DNA from: a virus
Taxonomy: Duplodnaviria; Caudoviricetes
Virus record (IMG/VR): IMGVR_UViG_2576861548_000003
Location: 1-64,000 of that record
Reading direction: 5' to 3' (one strand)
DNA: 64,000 bases
Of the stretch, positions 39,797 to 48,714 are shown in pieces. Within the stretch, counting starts at the first letter, position 1. The number at the start of each line of letters is the position of its first letter. A program made the translations under genes and the position numbers. Under the pieces are notes generated by a model. That model searched no databases, was not told where the DNA came from, and saw only the letters and a list, made by a program, of their open reading frames with translations.

Positions 39797-40713
39797 ACAC
39801 ACAATTAGCAATTCAAGAAAGCGACCTAGAACTGGTCGTGAGTGAAAAGACGTTAGGTAGTCTTACTACCAACGCAAAACAAATCAGAGATATGGTAAAA
39901 GCCGCTTTGCCAATGTATGATATCTCCAATTATACAGATGATAATATCGATCAAGCAAAAAAAGATAAAGCGGCTCTAAACAAAGCGGCCAAAGCTCTCA
40001 ACTCCAAACGTCTTGAAATAGAGAAAGAGTTTATGAAACCTTTCGGGGAGTTCAAGGACGTTGTAACCGAAACCGTAAAACTTATTGGTGAGTGCTCTGC
40101 TAGGATTGACACGGTAGTCAAGCAGAACGAGCAGCAATACAAGGACAAGAAGAAAGCCACTATCAAGACCTACTTTGATGGAATGAACGTAAATCTTGTA
40201 GACTTTAACAAGGTTTTCAGGTCTGAATGGCTCAACAAGTCATCCAGTATGAAATCTGTTTGTTCTGACATTGATGCTATATTTGCTAAGGTAGAGAACG
40301 AACTTTCTACCTTAAAGGGGTTTGGTGAGGATTTCGATGTCCTCCGTACTTATTATATGGATACGCTCAACATCACATCCACCATTCAGTATGCCAACCG
40401 TCTGAAAGAGCAGCGTGAGCGTGCCAAAGCAGCAGAAGAGGCGCGCATCAAGGCAGAGCAGGAAAGAAGGGCTTCCGAAGAAGCCCGTAAAGCTGCTGAA
40501 GTAGAACAAGCCAAATCCCGTCCGATCAATCCGTTTGCCATGGCAGGACAAAAAGCCAACGAACAACCTCCTTTTATTAATCATCCCGAAGTACAACAGC
40601 CTGAGCTGTTAACGAGAGCTTTCAAGGTTACTACTACCCGTGAGAATATCATTGCTTTGGGTGACTTCATGAATGAAAAAGGTATTGATTTTGATAAAAT
40701 AGAATTGCCATGA
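39793..40713 (+). CDS. DUF1351-like coiled-coil phage protein
   Basis: AKKDKAALNKAAKALNSKRLEIEKEFMKPF. Confidence 0.75.
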   Translation: MNTQLAIQESDLELVVSEKTLGSLTTNAKQIRDMVKAALPMYDISNYTDDNIDQAKKDKAALNKAAKALNSKRLEIEKEFMKPFGEFKDVVTETVKLIGECSARIDTVVKQNEQQYKDKKKATIKTYFDGMNVNLVDFNKVFRSEWLNKSSSMKSVCSDIDAIFAKVENELSTLKGFGEDFDVLRTYYMDTLNITSTIQYANRLKEQRERAKAAEEARIKAEQERRASEEARKAAEVEQAKSRPINPFAMAGQKANEQPPFINHPEVQQPELLTRAFKVTTTRENIIALGDFMNEKGIDFDKIELP

Positions 40714-41027
40714 GTGAAGCTGGAAAAGAATACAGACAATTTGTAAAACAGCGAAGAGAAGAACGCTATAGTCAATTTGTAAACTCAACCCTTCCTGCCA
40801 TCAAATCTTTAGGCTATGAAGTTATTCAACGAAATGATTATGGATTCGAATTCATTGTTCCTAAAAAAGGATTTGGCTGGGTTATATTCTACCCCAAGGG
40901 TGATAGGATATTATTGTGCAAACAAAATAAATGGATATATGGTGGTTTCTCTTGGATTCGCAAACATATACTTAAAGGCAATGGAAGTATGCAAAACAGA
41001 TGTACAGACTATTATTCGGCTTCTTGA
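40710..41027 (+). CDS. hypothetical protein
   Basis: Overlaps previous stop. Confidence 0.5.
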   Translation: MSEAGKEYRQFVKQRREERYSQFVNSTLPAIKSLGYEVIQRNDYGFEFIVPKKGFGWVIFYPKGDRILLCKQNKWIYGGFSWIRKHILKGNGSMQNRCTDYYSAS

Positions 41028-41131
41028 TAAGAGTGCAGAGCTAATTGATAAATATTGTAAGAAGCCTTGTGAGTGTGATAAAGCAAGACAATGCAGGAAA
41101 ATTAGTAAGAAACTTAAAAATAAAATTGACA

Positions 41132-41608
41132 ATGAAAACTTTGCAAATCAGTGAACAAAAAGCTAGAGAACTCTACAAAAGTGGTTCCAGCGAGTTAAAA
41201 TCTATTTTGGAAGAGTCTTTTGGAAAAGATTTTTTCTCTCAAAAGATAACAGATAGAGTTAAAACCTATGAAGATGCATGTCGCGAATTAAGTACCAGTC
41301 CTCTTGATGAAAATAAGTTGATGAAACTCGGTCTTACTAAACATGATATTGCTTATCAAAAGTTGGTAACCATTATCAAGGCCCTTAACGAAGGTTGGGT
41401 ACCGGATGTATGTGATAGTAGTGTATATAGATGGTACCCGTGGTTCAAGACTAATGGTTCTCCTTCCTCTTTCGCTTTCTGCGATTCGCTTTGCGCTTAT
41501 GTTTATGCGGATGCGGGTAGCGGGTCTCGCCTTTGCTTGAAAAGTAAAGAATTGTCAGAGTATTGTGGTAAACAATTCATTGACCTTTGGAAACAGTTCA
41601 TTATTTAA
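41132..41608 (+). CDS. DGR target protein 1 (158 aa)
   Basis: Contains VR1; VKTYEDA..ALNEGW.PD..YPWF motifs shared with target 2; ATG at 41132. Confidence 0.85.
   Translation: MKTLQISEQKARELYKSGSSELKSILEESFGKDFFSQKITDRVKTYEDACRELSTSPLDENKLMKLGLTKHDIAYQKLVTIIKALNEGWVPDVCDSSVYRWYPWFKTNGSPSSFAFCDSLCAYVYADAGSGSRLCLKSKELSEYCGKQFIDLWKQFII
41459..41533 (+). repeat. DGR variable repeat VR1
   Basis: 75-nt alignment to TR: 15 mismatches, 14 at TR adenines. Confidence 0.95.
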
Positions 41609-41623
41609 CTAAATATTATCATC

Positions 41624-42004
41624 ATGAAAAAAGAAAATAAAAAGATTACAGAGTTAGTCAAAACGTTTGAGGATGCCCGTAAGCTGACCGGCAGACCGGA
41701 TGTTCCTGACTTTTCCAATCTTCCCACTGACATGCGCAAACATTTTGAGGCACAGTATAAGATGATTGTAATTGCAGAAGCCCTTAACGAGGGATGGATT
41801 CCTGATTGGGATAATTATAATGAATATAAGTATTATCCTTGGTTTGAAATGTCTCCTTCCTCTTTCGCTTTCGACGGTTCGTTTTACGATTGTGCTTATG
41901 CGTATGCGGGTAGCGGGTCTCGCCTTAAATTTCGGACACGCGAGCTTGCAAATTATGCAGCAGAGCAATTTATTGATATTTGGAAAGATATCCAGATAGG
42001 ATAG
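41624..42004 (+). CDS. DGR target protein 2 (126 aa)
   Basis: Paralogue of target 1; contains VR2. Confidence 0.88.
   Translation: MKKENKKITELVKTFEDARKLTGRPDVPDFSNLPTDMRKHFEAQYKMIVIAEALNEGWIPDWDNYNEYKYYPWFEMSPSSFAFDGSFYDCAYAYAGSGSRLKFRTRELANYAAEQFIDIWKDIQIG
41852..41926 (+). repeat. DGR variable repeat VR2
   Basis: 75-nt alignment to TR: 13 mismatches, all at TR adenines. Confidence 0.95.
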
Positions 42005-42027
42005 GATATAAAGGTTGCCTGTCCTTG

Positions 42028-42102
42028 TCTCCTTCCTCTTTCGCTTTCAACGATTCGAATTACGATAATGCAAATGCGAATGCAGGTAGCAGGTCTCACC
42101 TA
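42028..42102 (+). repeat. DGR template repeat TR
   Basis: TCTCCTTCCTCTTTCGCTTTCAACGATTCGAATTACGATAATGCAAATGCGAATGCAGGTAGCAGGTCTCACCTA; 19 adenines, five AAY codons; intergenic just upstream of RT. Confidence 0.95.
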
Positions 42103-42208
42103 TGTTACAATAATCCAATGGGCAGGGGCCTCACCTCTTGGTGGAAAATAACAATTCAAACGGTGTCGGTAGGGCTTATCCGAAGACTCTTATTAGAAAC
42201 AAAGGCTT

Positions 42209-43195
42209 ATGAAACGATTTGGAAATTTATACTATCGTATTTGTGACATTGATAACCTTTACCTTGCATATACCAAAGCAAGAAAAGGCAAGGGAAATAC
42301 TTATGGGGTCATTCAATTTGAGAAAGAATTGGATGACAACATAAATACCCTTCATAAGGAACTGTCAGAAGGTAAATACGTTACTTCTGAATATCAAACT
42401 TTTATCATACATGATCCTAAGGAACGTGAAATATACCGGCTCCCTTTCCGTGATCGTGTTGTTCATCATGCGATAATGAATATCCTCGAAGATATATGGA
42501 CTCCGATATTCATTTCACATACTTATTCATGTATTAAGGGCAGAGGTATCCATGGAGTAATGAAACATCTAAAGAAAGATTTGAAAGATATCCAAAATAC
42601 AAAATATTGCCTGAAAATGGATATTCGTAAATACTATCCGTCAATAGATCATTTGATACTTAAGAATATTGTCCGAAAGAAGGTTAAGGACAAACGTCTT
42701 CTTGAGTTACTCGACGGTATTATTGATTCTGCTCCGGGAATACCTATCGGTAATTATCTTTCTCAGTTCTTTGCAAACTTGTATCTATCTTACTTTGACC
42801 ACTGGCTTAAAGAGGAAAGACGTATAAAGTATTATTATAGATATGCTGATGATATGGTAATACTTTCATCAAACAAAGAAGAGCTTCACTCTCTGCTTGG
42901 AGATATAAAATCATATCTGCATAATAAGCTTCATTTAAATTTAAAAGACAATTATCAAATATTCCCGGTTGATAATAGAGGAATTGACTTTGTTGGCTAT
43001 GTTTTCTTTCACACTCATATTTTAATGCGGAAAAGTATCAAGAAAAACTTCTGTAGAAAAGTAGCAGTGTTGAACAAAAAGAAAACTACATCCTGCAACT
43101 GCAAGATAGCACTTTGTTCATGGATGGGATGGGCAAAACATTGTAATTCAAAGCACTTAATTAAAACTGTAATCAAAAATGAAAAGGTTTTCTGA
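42209..43195 (+). CDS. DGR reverse transcriptase
   Basis: PKEREI..LPFRDRVVHHA, KMDIRKYYPSI, GIPIGNYLSQ (DGR SQ motif), YADD; no maturase or endonuclease domain. Confidence 0.95.
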   Translation: MKRFGNLYYRICDIDNLYLAYTKARKGKGNTYGVIQFEKELDDNINTLHKELSEGKYVTSEYQTFIIHDPKEREIYRLPFRDRVVHHAIMNILEDIWTPIFISHTYSCIKGRGIHGVMKHLKKDLKDIQNTKYCLKMDIRKYYPSIDHLILKNIVRKKVKDKRLLELLDGIIDSAPGIPIGNYLSQFFANLYLSYFDHWLKEERRIKYYYRYADDMVILSSNKEELHSLLGDIKSYLHNKLHLNLKDNYQIFPVDNRGIDFVGYVFFHTHILMRKSIKKNFCRKVAVLNKKKTTSCNCKIALCSWMGWAKHCNSKHLIKTVIKNEKVF

Positions 43196-43496
43196 TTTTG
43201 GAATTGATATTGACGCGGGACGTAATATTTTCCCTGTACAGCAAATATCAATAACCGATATACTCAACTGTGAGATAGAGGTACTTGACTATGAATCTGG
43301 AGTTAAAACTCAACATGGAGATAATCGTTGCGTAGTCAAGATTAGGCATGAAGGAGCTGAATATAAATTCTTTACTAACTCTTCTCCGATAAAAGAGGCA
43401 CTTAGTAAAATTTCCAAAGAAGATTTTCCATTTATAGCTACAGTACGTATCAAGAAAATAGGTACTGGTAATAATAAAATGTATTATTTCACTTAA
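43179..43496 (+). CDS. RT-coupled 105-aa protein (candidate DGR accessory factor)
   Basis: Overlaps RT stop by 17 nt; alternating hydrophobic beta-strand pattern. Confidence 0.65.
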   Translation: MKRFSDFGIDIDAGRNIFPVQQISITDILNCEIEVLDYESGVKTQHGDNRCVVKIRHEGAEYKFFTNSSPIKEALSKISKEDFPFIATVRIKKIGTGNNKMYYFT

Positions 43497-43508
43497 AAGA
43501 TATTGTAT

Positions 43509-43994
43509 ATGAAAATTACAATCAATAAACCAACTGAATTTGAGGCTGTCTACCTGAAAGTAGATGCAGGTGTTCGCTATTGGGAGGATGCAATAGTAAA
43601 CGGAATAAGAGACATTGATTTATACGAGAGTAATGGTATAGGCAGCCCTCTTATTCCTTGCGCTGTACAAATAAAAGAAGAACCTGACTATAATATATAT
43701 TCAGACCATTATCGTTGGAGACCTATTATAACGATTGAAACTGGTCGAATAGTCAACTGGATGCAGGGAACAACTGCTAATGTTCACTACAAAGTGTGTG
43801 ATGATTTTATATGTGATATTGTTGATGAAGATGATAGTGCTATTGTTTCTTATGACGGCTATGTACCTAAGATCATGTGTCCGGCAGATAAAGGATATGG
43901 TGACTATATCATTATGAATATTGACGAAAACGGATTTATTCAAGGATGGAATAAGGAACTAATTAAAGAACTTGTAAAACAAGAGGAGGATTAA
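43509..43994 (+). CDS. conserved phage hypothetical protein
   Basis: AGVRYWEDA, HYKVCD, GYVP, GYGDYI motifs. Confidence 0.65.
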   Translation: MKITINKPTEFEAVYLKVDAGVRYWEDAIVNGIRDIDLYESNGIGSPLIPCAVQIKEEPDYNIYSDHYRWRPIITIETGRIVNWMQGTTANVHYKVCDDFICDIVDEDDSAIVSYDGYVPKIMCPADKGYGDYIIMNIDENGFIQGWNKELIKELVKQEED

Positions 43995-43996
43995 TT

Positions 43997-44614
43997 ATGG
44001 CAATGCATACATGGTTTGAGTGCAAGATCCGTTACGAAAAGGTGATGGATAACGGAATGCAGAAGAAAGTGACGGAACCTTATTTGGTAGATGCACTTAG
44101 TTTTACAGAAGCAGAAGCACGTATTATCGAGGAGATGACTCCATTTATAACAGGAGAATTTACCGTTTCCGACATCAAACGAGCTAACTATAGTGAACTT
44201 TTCCCCAGTGACGAGGAAAGTGCTGACCGCTGGTTTAAGTGCAAACTGATCTTTATCACCCTTGACGAGAAAAGCGGTGCCGAGAAAAAGACTTCTACCC
44301 AAGTGATGGTTCAGGCTGCCGACTTGCGCGACGCAGTGAAGAAACTGGACGAGGGCATGAAAGGAACAATGGCTGATTATCAGATCGGTATGGTATCTGA
44401 AACTTCTATTGTAGACGTATTCCCTTATGAAACTAAAGAAGGAAGTAATACTACAGAAGATAAAGAGGTAGTTCGCTTTATTGATAAGTTCCCTGAAGGG
44501 CAATGTACCGAAACTACAGTAGGTGGAAAACCGGTTATCGTTGATAAGACTGGAGGTAAAACAAAAGTAATCCCTAACAATAAATCAGATACTAATGAAG
44601 GAGATCAACAGTGA
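43997..44614 (+). CDS. DUF4494-family protein with C-terminal extension
   Basis: Homologous to 5060-5506. Confidence 0.8.
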   Translation: MAMHTWFECKIRYEKVMDNGMQKKVTEPYLVDALSFTEAEARIIEEMTPFITGEFTVSDIKRANYSELFPSDEESADRWFKCKLIFITLDEKSGAEKKTSTQVMVQAADLRDAVKKLDEGMKGTMADYQIGMVSETSIVDVFPYETKEGSNTTEDKEVVRFIDKFPEGQCTETTVGGKPVIVDKTGGKTKVIPNNKSDTNEGDQQ

Positions 44615-44745
44615 AGAATATTTGCCAGATTGGGCGATAATTGAAGACTAGTTTAAAAACGAGGAACGATGAGTGTTATTTGTTCCTCTCTATGTGATAA
44701 GCTATCTACTACGAATTTACTATAAAGAATAAATAAGTTATAATT

Positions 44746-45546
44746 ATGGCAGAATTTTATAATATGGGAGAACTTATTCCTATCAGAGAAAATAACGGTC
44801 AAAGAGCCGTTAACGCACGTGATTTACATGCTTTCCTAGAAAGTAAGCAACAATTTGCTGACTGGATCAAGAATCGTATTGACAAGTATGATTTCATTGA
44901 AAATCAGGATTATGTAGTTTTTCATAATTCTATGAATAACCCATCTGGCGGTCGCCCCCAAAAAGAATACGCCTTATCCATAAACATGGCGAAAGAACTT
45001 TCCATGATTGAGAATAACGTACGTGGGAAGCAAGCAAGAAAGTATTTCATCAATTGTGAAGAATTTGCCACTCAAAAAATTGTAGAAGAAAAGAAAAGTA
45101 CTAAACGTGAACCATCACTAACAACTAAAGTCCGTGTTGGTCTTGAATGGGTAAAAGGCGTAAGTGAAGTGCTTAATCTAAATGATTCTTCTAAATTATC
45201 TTTAATTAGTAAAGTAGCTGCACCTCTTGGACTTCCGACACCTGATTATACTCCGTCACATGGGATACTTAAATCCGCTACTGAATTGCTCAAAGAAGCG
45301 GGTTTGTCTATCAGCGCACAGGCGTTTAATCAAAGAGCGATTCGGAAAGGTATCTTATGTGATATTAAAAGGAAATCATCAAAAGGTAAAGATAAGCATT
45401 TCAAATCAATAACCGAATCCGGGCTTCTATATGGTGAGAACCAAGTCAACCCTAATAATCCTAAAGAAACGCAGCCGCTTTGGTATAAAGATAAATTCAA
45501 TGAATTATTGATGTTACTTGATTTTAAACTTGTTGAAGCGTTATGA
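44746..45546 (+). CDS. AntA/AntB antirepressor
   Basis: VNARDLHAFLESKQQFADWIKNRI, MAKELSMIE, ARKYFI. Confidence 0.88.
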   Translation: MAEFYNMGELIPIRENNGQRAVNARDLHAFLESKQQFADWIKNRIDKYDFIENQDYVVFHNSMNNPSGGRPQKEYALSINMAKELSMIENNVRGKQARKYFINCEEFATQKIVEEKKSTKREPSLTTKVRVGLEWVKGVSEVLNLNDSSKLSLISKVAAPLGLPTPDYTPSHGILKSATELLKEAGLSISAQAFNQRAIRKGILCDIKRKSSKGKDKHFKSITESGLLYGENQVNPNNPKETQPLWYKDKFNELLMLLDFKLVEAL

Positions 45547-45950
45547 CATACGAAGAAATGAAATCTAAATATTGTGGAACCAATATTCGCAGGAAGCCAA
45601 AAAGTGAAGAACATAAGATACAGGCGTCTTGTATCCGTTGGTTCCGTCTCCAATACCCCCAACTAAGGAATATACTGTTTGCCGTTCCTAACGCAGCAAG
45701 AAGAAGTGCTAGAAACGGGGCATACATGAAAGAAGAAGGGATGCTTTCGGGAGTTGCAGATCTGATACTTCTTAAAAGTAATCGTTTCTACGGTGCTTTG
45801 TGTATAGAAATGAAAAAGCCTGGTAAATACCAAAGGGTAGTACAAAAAGAATGGCAAAAGGAATGTGAAGCGGCTGGAAATAAATATGTCGTTGTCCGTT
45901 CCCTTGACGAATTTATCAAAGTGGTAACCGATTATTTGAATAACATGTAG
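45543..45950 (+). CDS. VRR-NUC nuclease
   Basis: EHKIQ..FAVPN..GVADL..IEMK..QKEW. Confidence 0.88.
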   Translation: MTYEEMKSKYCGTNIRRKPKSEEHKIQASCIRWFRLQYPQLRNILFAVPNAARRSARNGAYMKEEGMLSGVADLILLKSNRFYGALCIEMKKPGKYQRVVQKEWQKECEAAGNKYVVVRSLDEFIKVVTDYLNNM

Positions 45951-45952
45951 TT

Positions 45953-46366
45953 ATGGCTGTTTCGCAAATTATAAAAGATATTCGTTGCCTAAAGAAACTG
46001 ATAAAAAATGCTACTGGATTGAAAGTCTATGAGCAAGAAGCTATTTATCATCATGATTCCTATTGGAGCATTTCTAATGAATATAAAGACAAAAACAGTC
46101 CTCATATCACAGTTACTAGAGGTAGCTATTGGACCTTGGATGATGGGGCAGAATACAAAATATCTATTTATGCTTCCTCTTTATCGATTGGCATACGTAG
46201 AAATTTCAACGCTCCATTATTTCAATCTTATATTGACAGAATAGTTCAGGCATTAGATAGCTGTTTTGGAGAAAAGCAGTGGAATTACTGTAATGAAGAA
46301 TGCATTACTTGGCGTCCAATGTCTCGATTTAGTTTTTATGTGCAGATTCCAAATTTTAAAGATTGA
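45953..46366 (+). CDS. hypothetical protein
   Basis: 137-aa operonic ORF. Confidence 0.55.
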   Translation: MAVSQIIKDIRCLKKLIKNATGLKVYEQEAIYHHDSYWSISNEYKDKNSPHITVTRGSYWTLDDGAEYKISIYASSLSIGIRRNFNAPLFQSYIDRIVQALDSCFGEKQWNYCNEECITWRPMSRFSFYVQIPNFKD

Positions 46367-46619
46367 GACTTATGAAACCGAATGAATTAGAAGAATGGCA
46401 TAAGCTATCAAAGAGCCTTCTTGCATTTACTAATGATTGCAGTGAGGACATAAAGCCTTATATTCTTGGACAGCTGGAAGCTTTATGCGAGATACTGTCT
46501 GGACAAATTGATTTTGAGAAATAAAACTTGTGTCGATTGGTTCAACTCCTATTATCGGCAAATCGTTCTTTGACATTTTGTTTTCAGCTTTTAATCTGCC
46601 TTATTACTGCATTGGAATA

Positions 46620-46649
46620 AATAAAGCCAGATATAATGTCTGGCTTTAT
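46620..46649. terminator. terminator of TA operon
   Basis: AATAAAGCCAGA/TCTGGCTTTATT inverted repeat. Confidence 0.7.
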
Positions 46650-47065
46650 TTATCAATTAGTCCGAACCTTTTTAATTCGGCTTTATTGATTCGAGAGTTA
46701 CTCTTTATCTTATCACAAACAAGGCTAATATCTTCCTCATCCAATGTGCCTAAACTAGTACTTTTAAGAAGTTTGTTCTTCTTTACTATTTTAATTGAAG
46801 AGCAATCTATGTAGCTATCATATGAAAGGAAATCATAACTTTCCCCTTTTATAAGATGTTGCATTGCTCGTACATTAAGTGGCAGATTCATATTAATAAA
46901 GGAGTTAAAGATGACACCACCATAAACGTTTCCATCGTTATCAAAGCCAAGTACTACAAAAAATTTATCACGACTGGTATCTCCGGGTTTGGGTACTACT
47001 CCATTGGCTTTGTTCATCGTAACAAAAAATACATCCCCTATCTTAATTTCCGAAGGTTTCATCAA
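46646..47065 (-). CDS. PemK/MazF-fold putative toxin
   Basis: KIGDVFFV..RDKFFVVLG..SYIDCSSI pattern; downstream of Panacea antitoxin. Confidence 0.6.
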   Translation of the reverse strand: MMKPSEIKIGDVFFVTMNKANGVVPKPGDTSRDKFFVVLGFDNDGNVYGGVIFNSFINMNLPLNVRAMQHLIKGESYDFLSYDSYIDCSSIKIVKKNKLLKSTSLGTLDEEDISLVCDKIKSNSRINKAELKRFGLIDK

Positions 47066-47570
47066 ATGCTATTGAATCATTAATATATTTTACAAGTTCA
47101 TCATTAGCTCCTCCATCAAGGGCAATATCCCCCGGATCAATAACATGATTCCCCTTTTTGTCTCTCGCTTTTTGCCAACAAGTTGTATGAGAAGTTTTTT
47201 CCAACTCCTTAAAACTCATTTTCCCGTATTTGGAAATACATAAATCTAAAGTGTCTTTATCATATTGTGAAAGATAATCCATATTCGGTTCACGTTTAGA
47301 TAATAGATAGTAATCTACAACATGAACATCATCTGTCATTTTTGAAAGAACGCTTTTTTGCCCCCGTATTGTACTATACAAAATTGTTGGTACTGGTCCA
47401 TGGGGAAGAGCACAAAACTTATCTGCTATCATCAGTTGTCCCCAGTCAACCAAGCTGCGTTGATTGGCAAAATATAATATCTTGAACAAATGATAATAGT
47501 CCATACCCCCAGTTTTATTAAGGATATAAAGTACTATTTCTATGATTTTTTGTTGTTCAAATTTTGTCAT
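47043..47570 (-). CDS. Panacea (DUF4065/SocA-like) antitoxin
   Basis: LFKILYFA, ALPHGPVP, KYGKMSFKELEKTSH..WQ; ATG at 47570. Confidence 0.85.
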   Translation of the reverse strand: MTKFEQQKIIEIVLYILNKTGGMDYYHLFKILYFANQRSLVDWGQLMIADKFCALPHGPVPTILYSTIRGQKSVLSKMTDDVHVVDYYLLSKREPNMDYLSQYDKDTLDLCISKYGKMSFKELEKTSHTTCWQKARDKKGNHVIDPGDIALDGGANDELVKYINDSIAFDETFGN

Positions 47571-47765
47571 TTTTTTAGGGTTCTTGGTCACTAATTATAT
47601 AACTGCATATTCAAATATATGCATTTTAATGCAAAGAAACAAACAATAATTCAATAAGCAAACGATTAACGGCTTAATTAACACGTTAATTAACATGTTT
47701 ATAGCTAAAATATCGGTTTATTAGGGAGCTATATAAATAAAGAGATGCATTTCATCCCTTATTTG

Positions 47766-48032
47766 TTAGCCTTTCTCGATTGTTGTTTTGACTACTATCG
47801 GTTGTCCGCAGTGGGGGCAGATGTCAGACTTGGTTTGTTGGGCGACTTCTTCCGGGGACGCGAATAGCTGCCACATGGGGACGTTGAGGGCGGTGGCGAT
47901 TTTTTCAAGTGTAGCAGTTGTCAATGATTCAGCAGCAACCATTTGTCTAACAGCAGATAGGCTTACATTCATTTTATCTGCCAATTCTTGTTGTGTGTAA
48001 TGTTTCTCTTTTAAAAGTTCCTTTATTCTCAT
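47766..48032 (-). CDS. XRE HTH regulator with C-terminal CPHC
   Basis: MRIKELLKEKHYTQQELADKM..TLEKIATALNVPMWQLF. Confidence 0.88.
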   Translation of the reverse strand: MRIKELLKEKHYTQQELADKMNVSLSAVRQMVAAESLTTATLEKIATALNVPMWQLFASPEEVAQQTKSDICPHCGQPIVVKTTIEKG

Positions 48033-48074
48033 AATTATCTTTTTGATTTCAAAAATACAGATTATTTATGAAGA

Positions 48075-48163
48075 ATACAGTATATACTATATTAATTTAT
48101 GCAAAAGAAATAGTATATTATAGTTGTTTTGTTTGGCGATATACAGTAAATACTGTATCTTTG
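48075..48163. promoter_or_regulatory. operators and divergent promoter for XRE module
   Basis: ATACAGTA-AA-TACTGTAT palindrome 48141-48158 overlapping TATCTTTG; degenerate copy at 48075. Confidence 0.7.
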
Positions 48164-48203
48164 CATCAAATAAAAGAACTAATAACAATTAACTCCTAAA
48201 TAT

Positions 48204-48515
48204 ATGAAACGCTACAATTTATCAGAGATAATGAAAAACGCTCACAGATCGTATAAGTATTCAGGCAAGCAGCAAGGTAAGACTTTCGGTGAGGTGCTTA
48301 AAGCAACTTGGAAGCTTGCAAAACTTCAAGCTATCTTCACGCAGGAAGCAGTAAAAGCACGAACTGATAAATTTTTGACAGAAAGTAACGAAGCTATAAG
48401 AAGAGCGGCTAAGTCTACTCCTAGCAAAGCATACAATGATTTATCAATTCCTTCGTCGGCATATTACAATCCGAATAGCACCGGTAGATATGGGGCCCAT
48501 TATGTAGGAGATTAA
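48204..48515 (+). CDS. hypothetical phage protein
   Basis: MKRYNLSEIMKNAH..LKATWKLAK. Confidence 0.65.
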   Translation: MKRYNLSEIMKNAHRSYKYSGKQQGKTFGEVLKATWKLAKLQAIFTQEAVKARTDKFLTESNEAIRRAAKSTPSKAYNDLSIPSSAYYNPNSTGRYGAHYVGD

Positions 48516-48714
48516 CTAACACTTTAAAATATAAAACAATGAAATACGAAGTTTCTAAGAAAGGTTCAAGCGTAACATTTAAGTTCGAAACATACGAACA
48601 GGCGGCTGATTTCTGCTATATGTATGTCATGTCAATGCACGTGAAAGGTGATAGATTCCCTGAACTTTCAATTAGAGAGATAAGCGAGTAATCAGAACAT
48701 TAAAATTTAGAGCA

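Noticed and set aside
41045-41131. Longer N-terminus for DGR target 1
   Set aside because: Non-ATG start overlapping another small ORF; ATG at 41132 has a better A-rich context.
41980-42246. 88-aa ORF as a third target gene
   Set aside because: It is the TR read in frame (Asn-rich AAY codons), overlaps both neighbours and lacks the targets' N-terminal domain.
42209-43195. RT as group II intron, retron or Abi RT
   Set aside because: Only 328 aa with no maturase/endonuclease domain, has the DGR SQ motif, and a TR/VR set with adenine-specific mismatches is adjacent.
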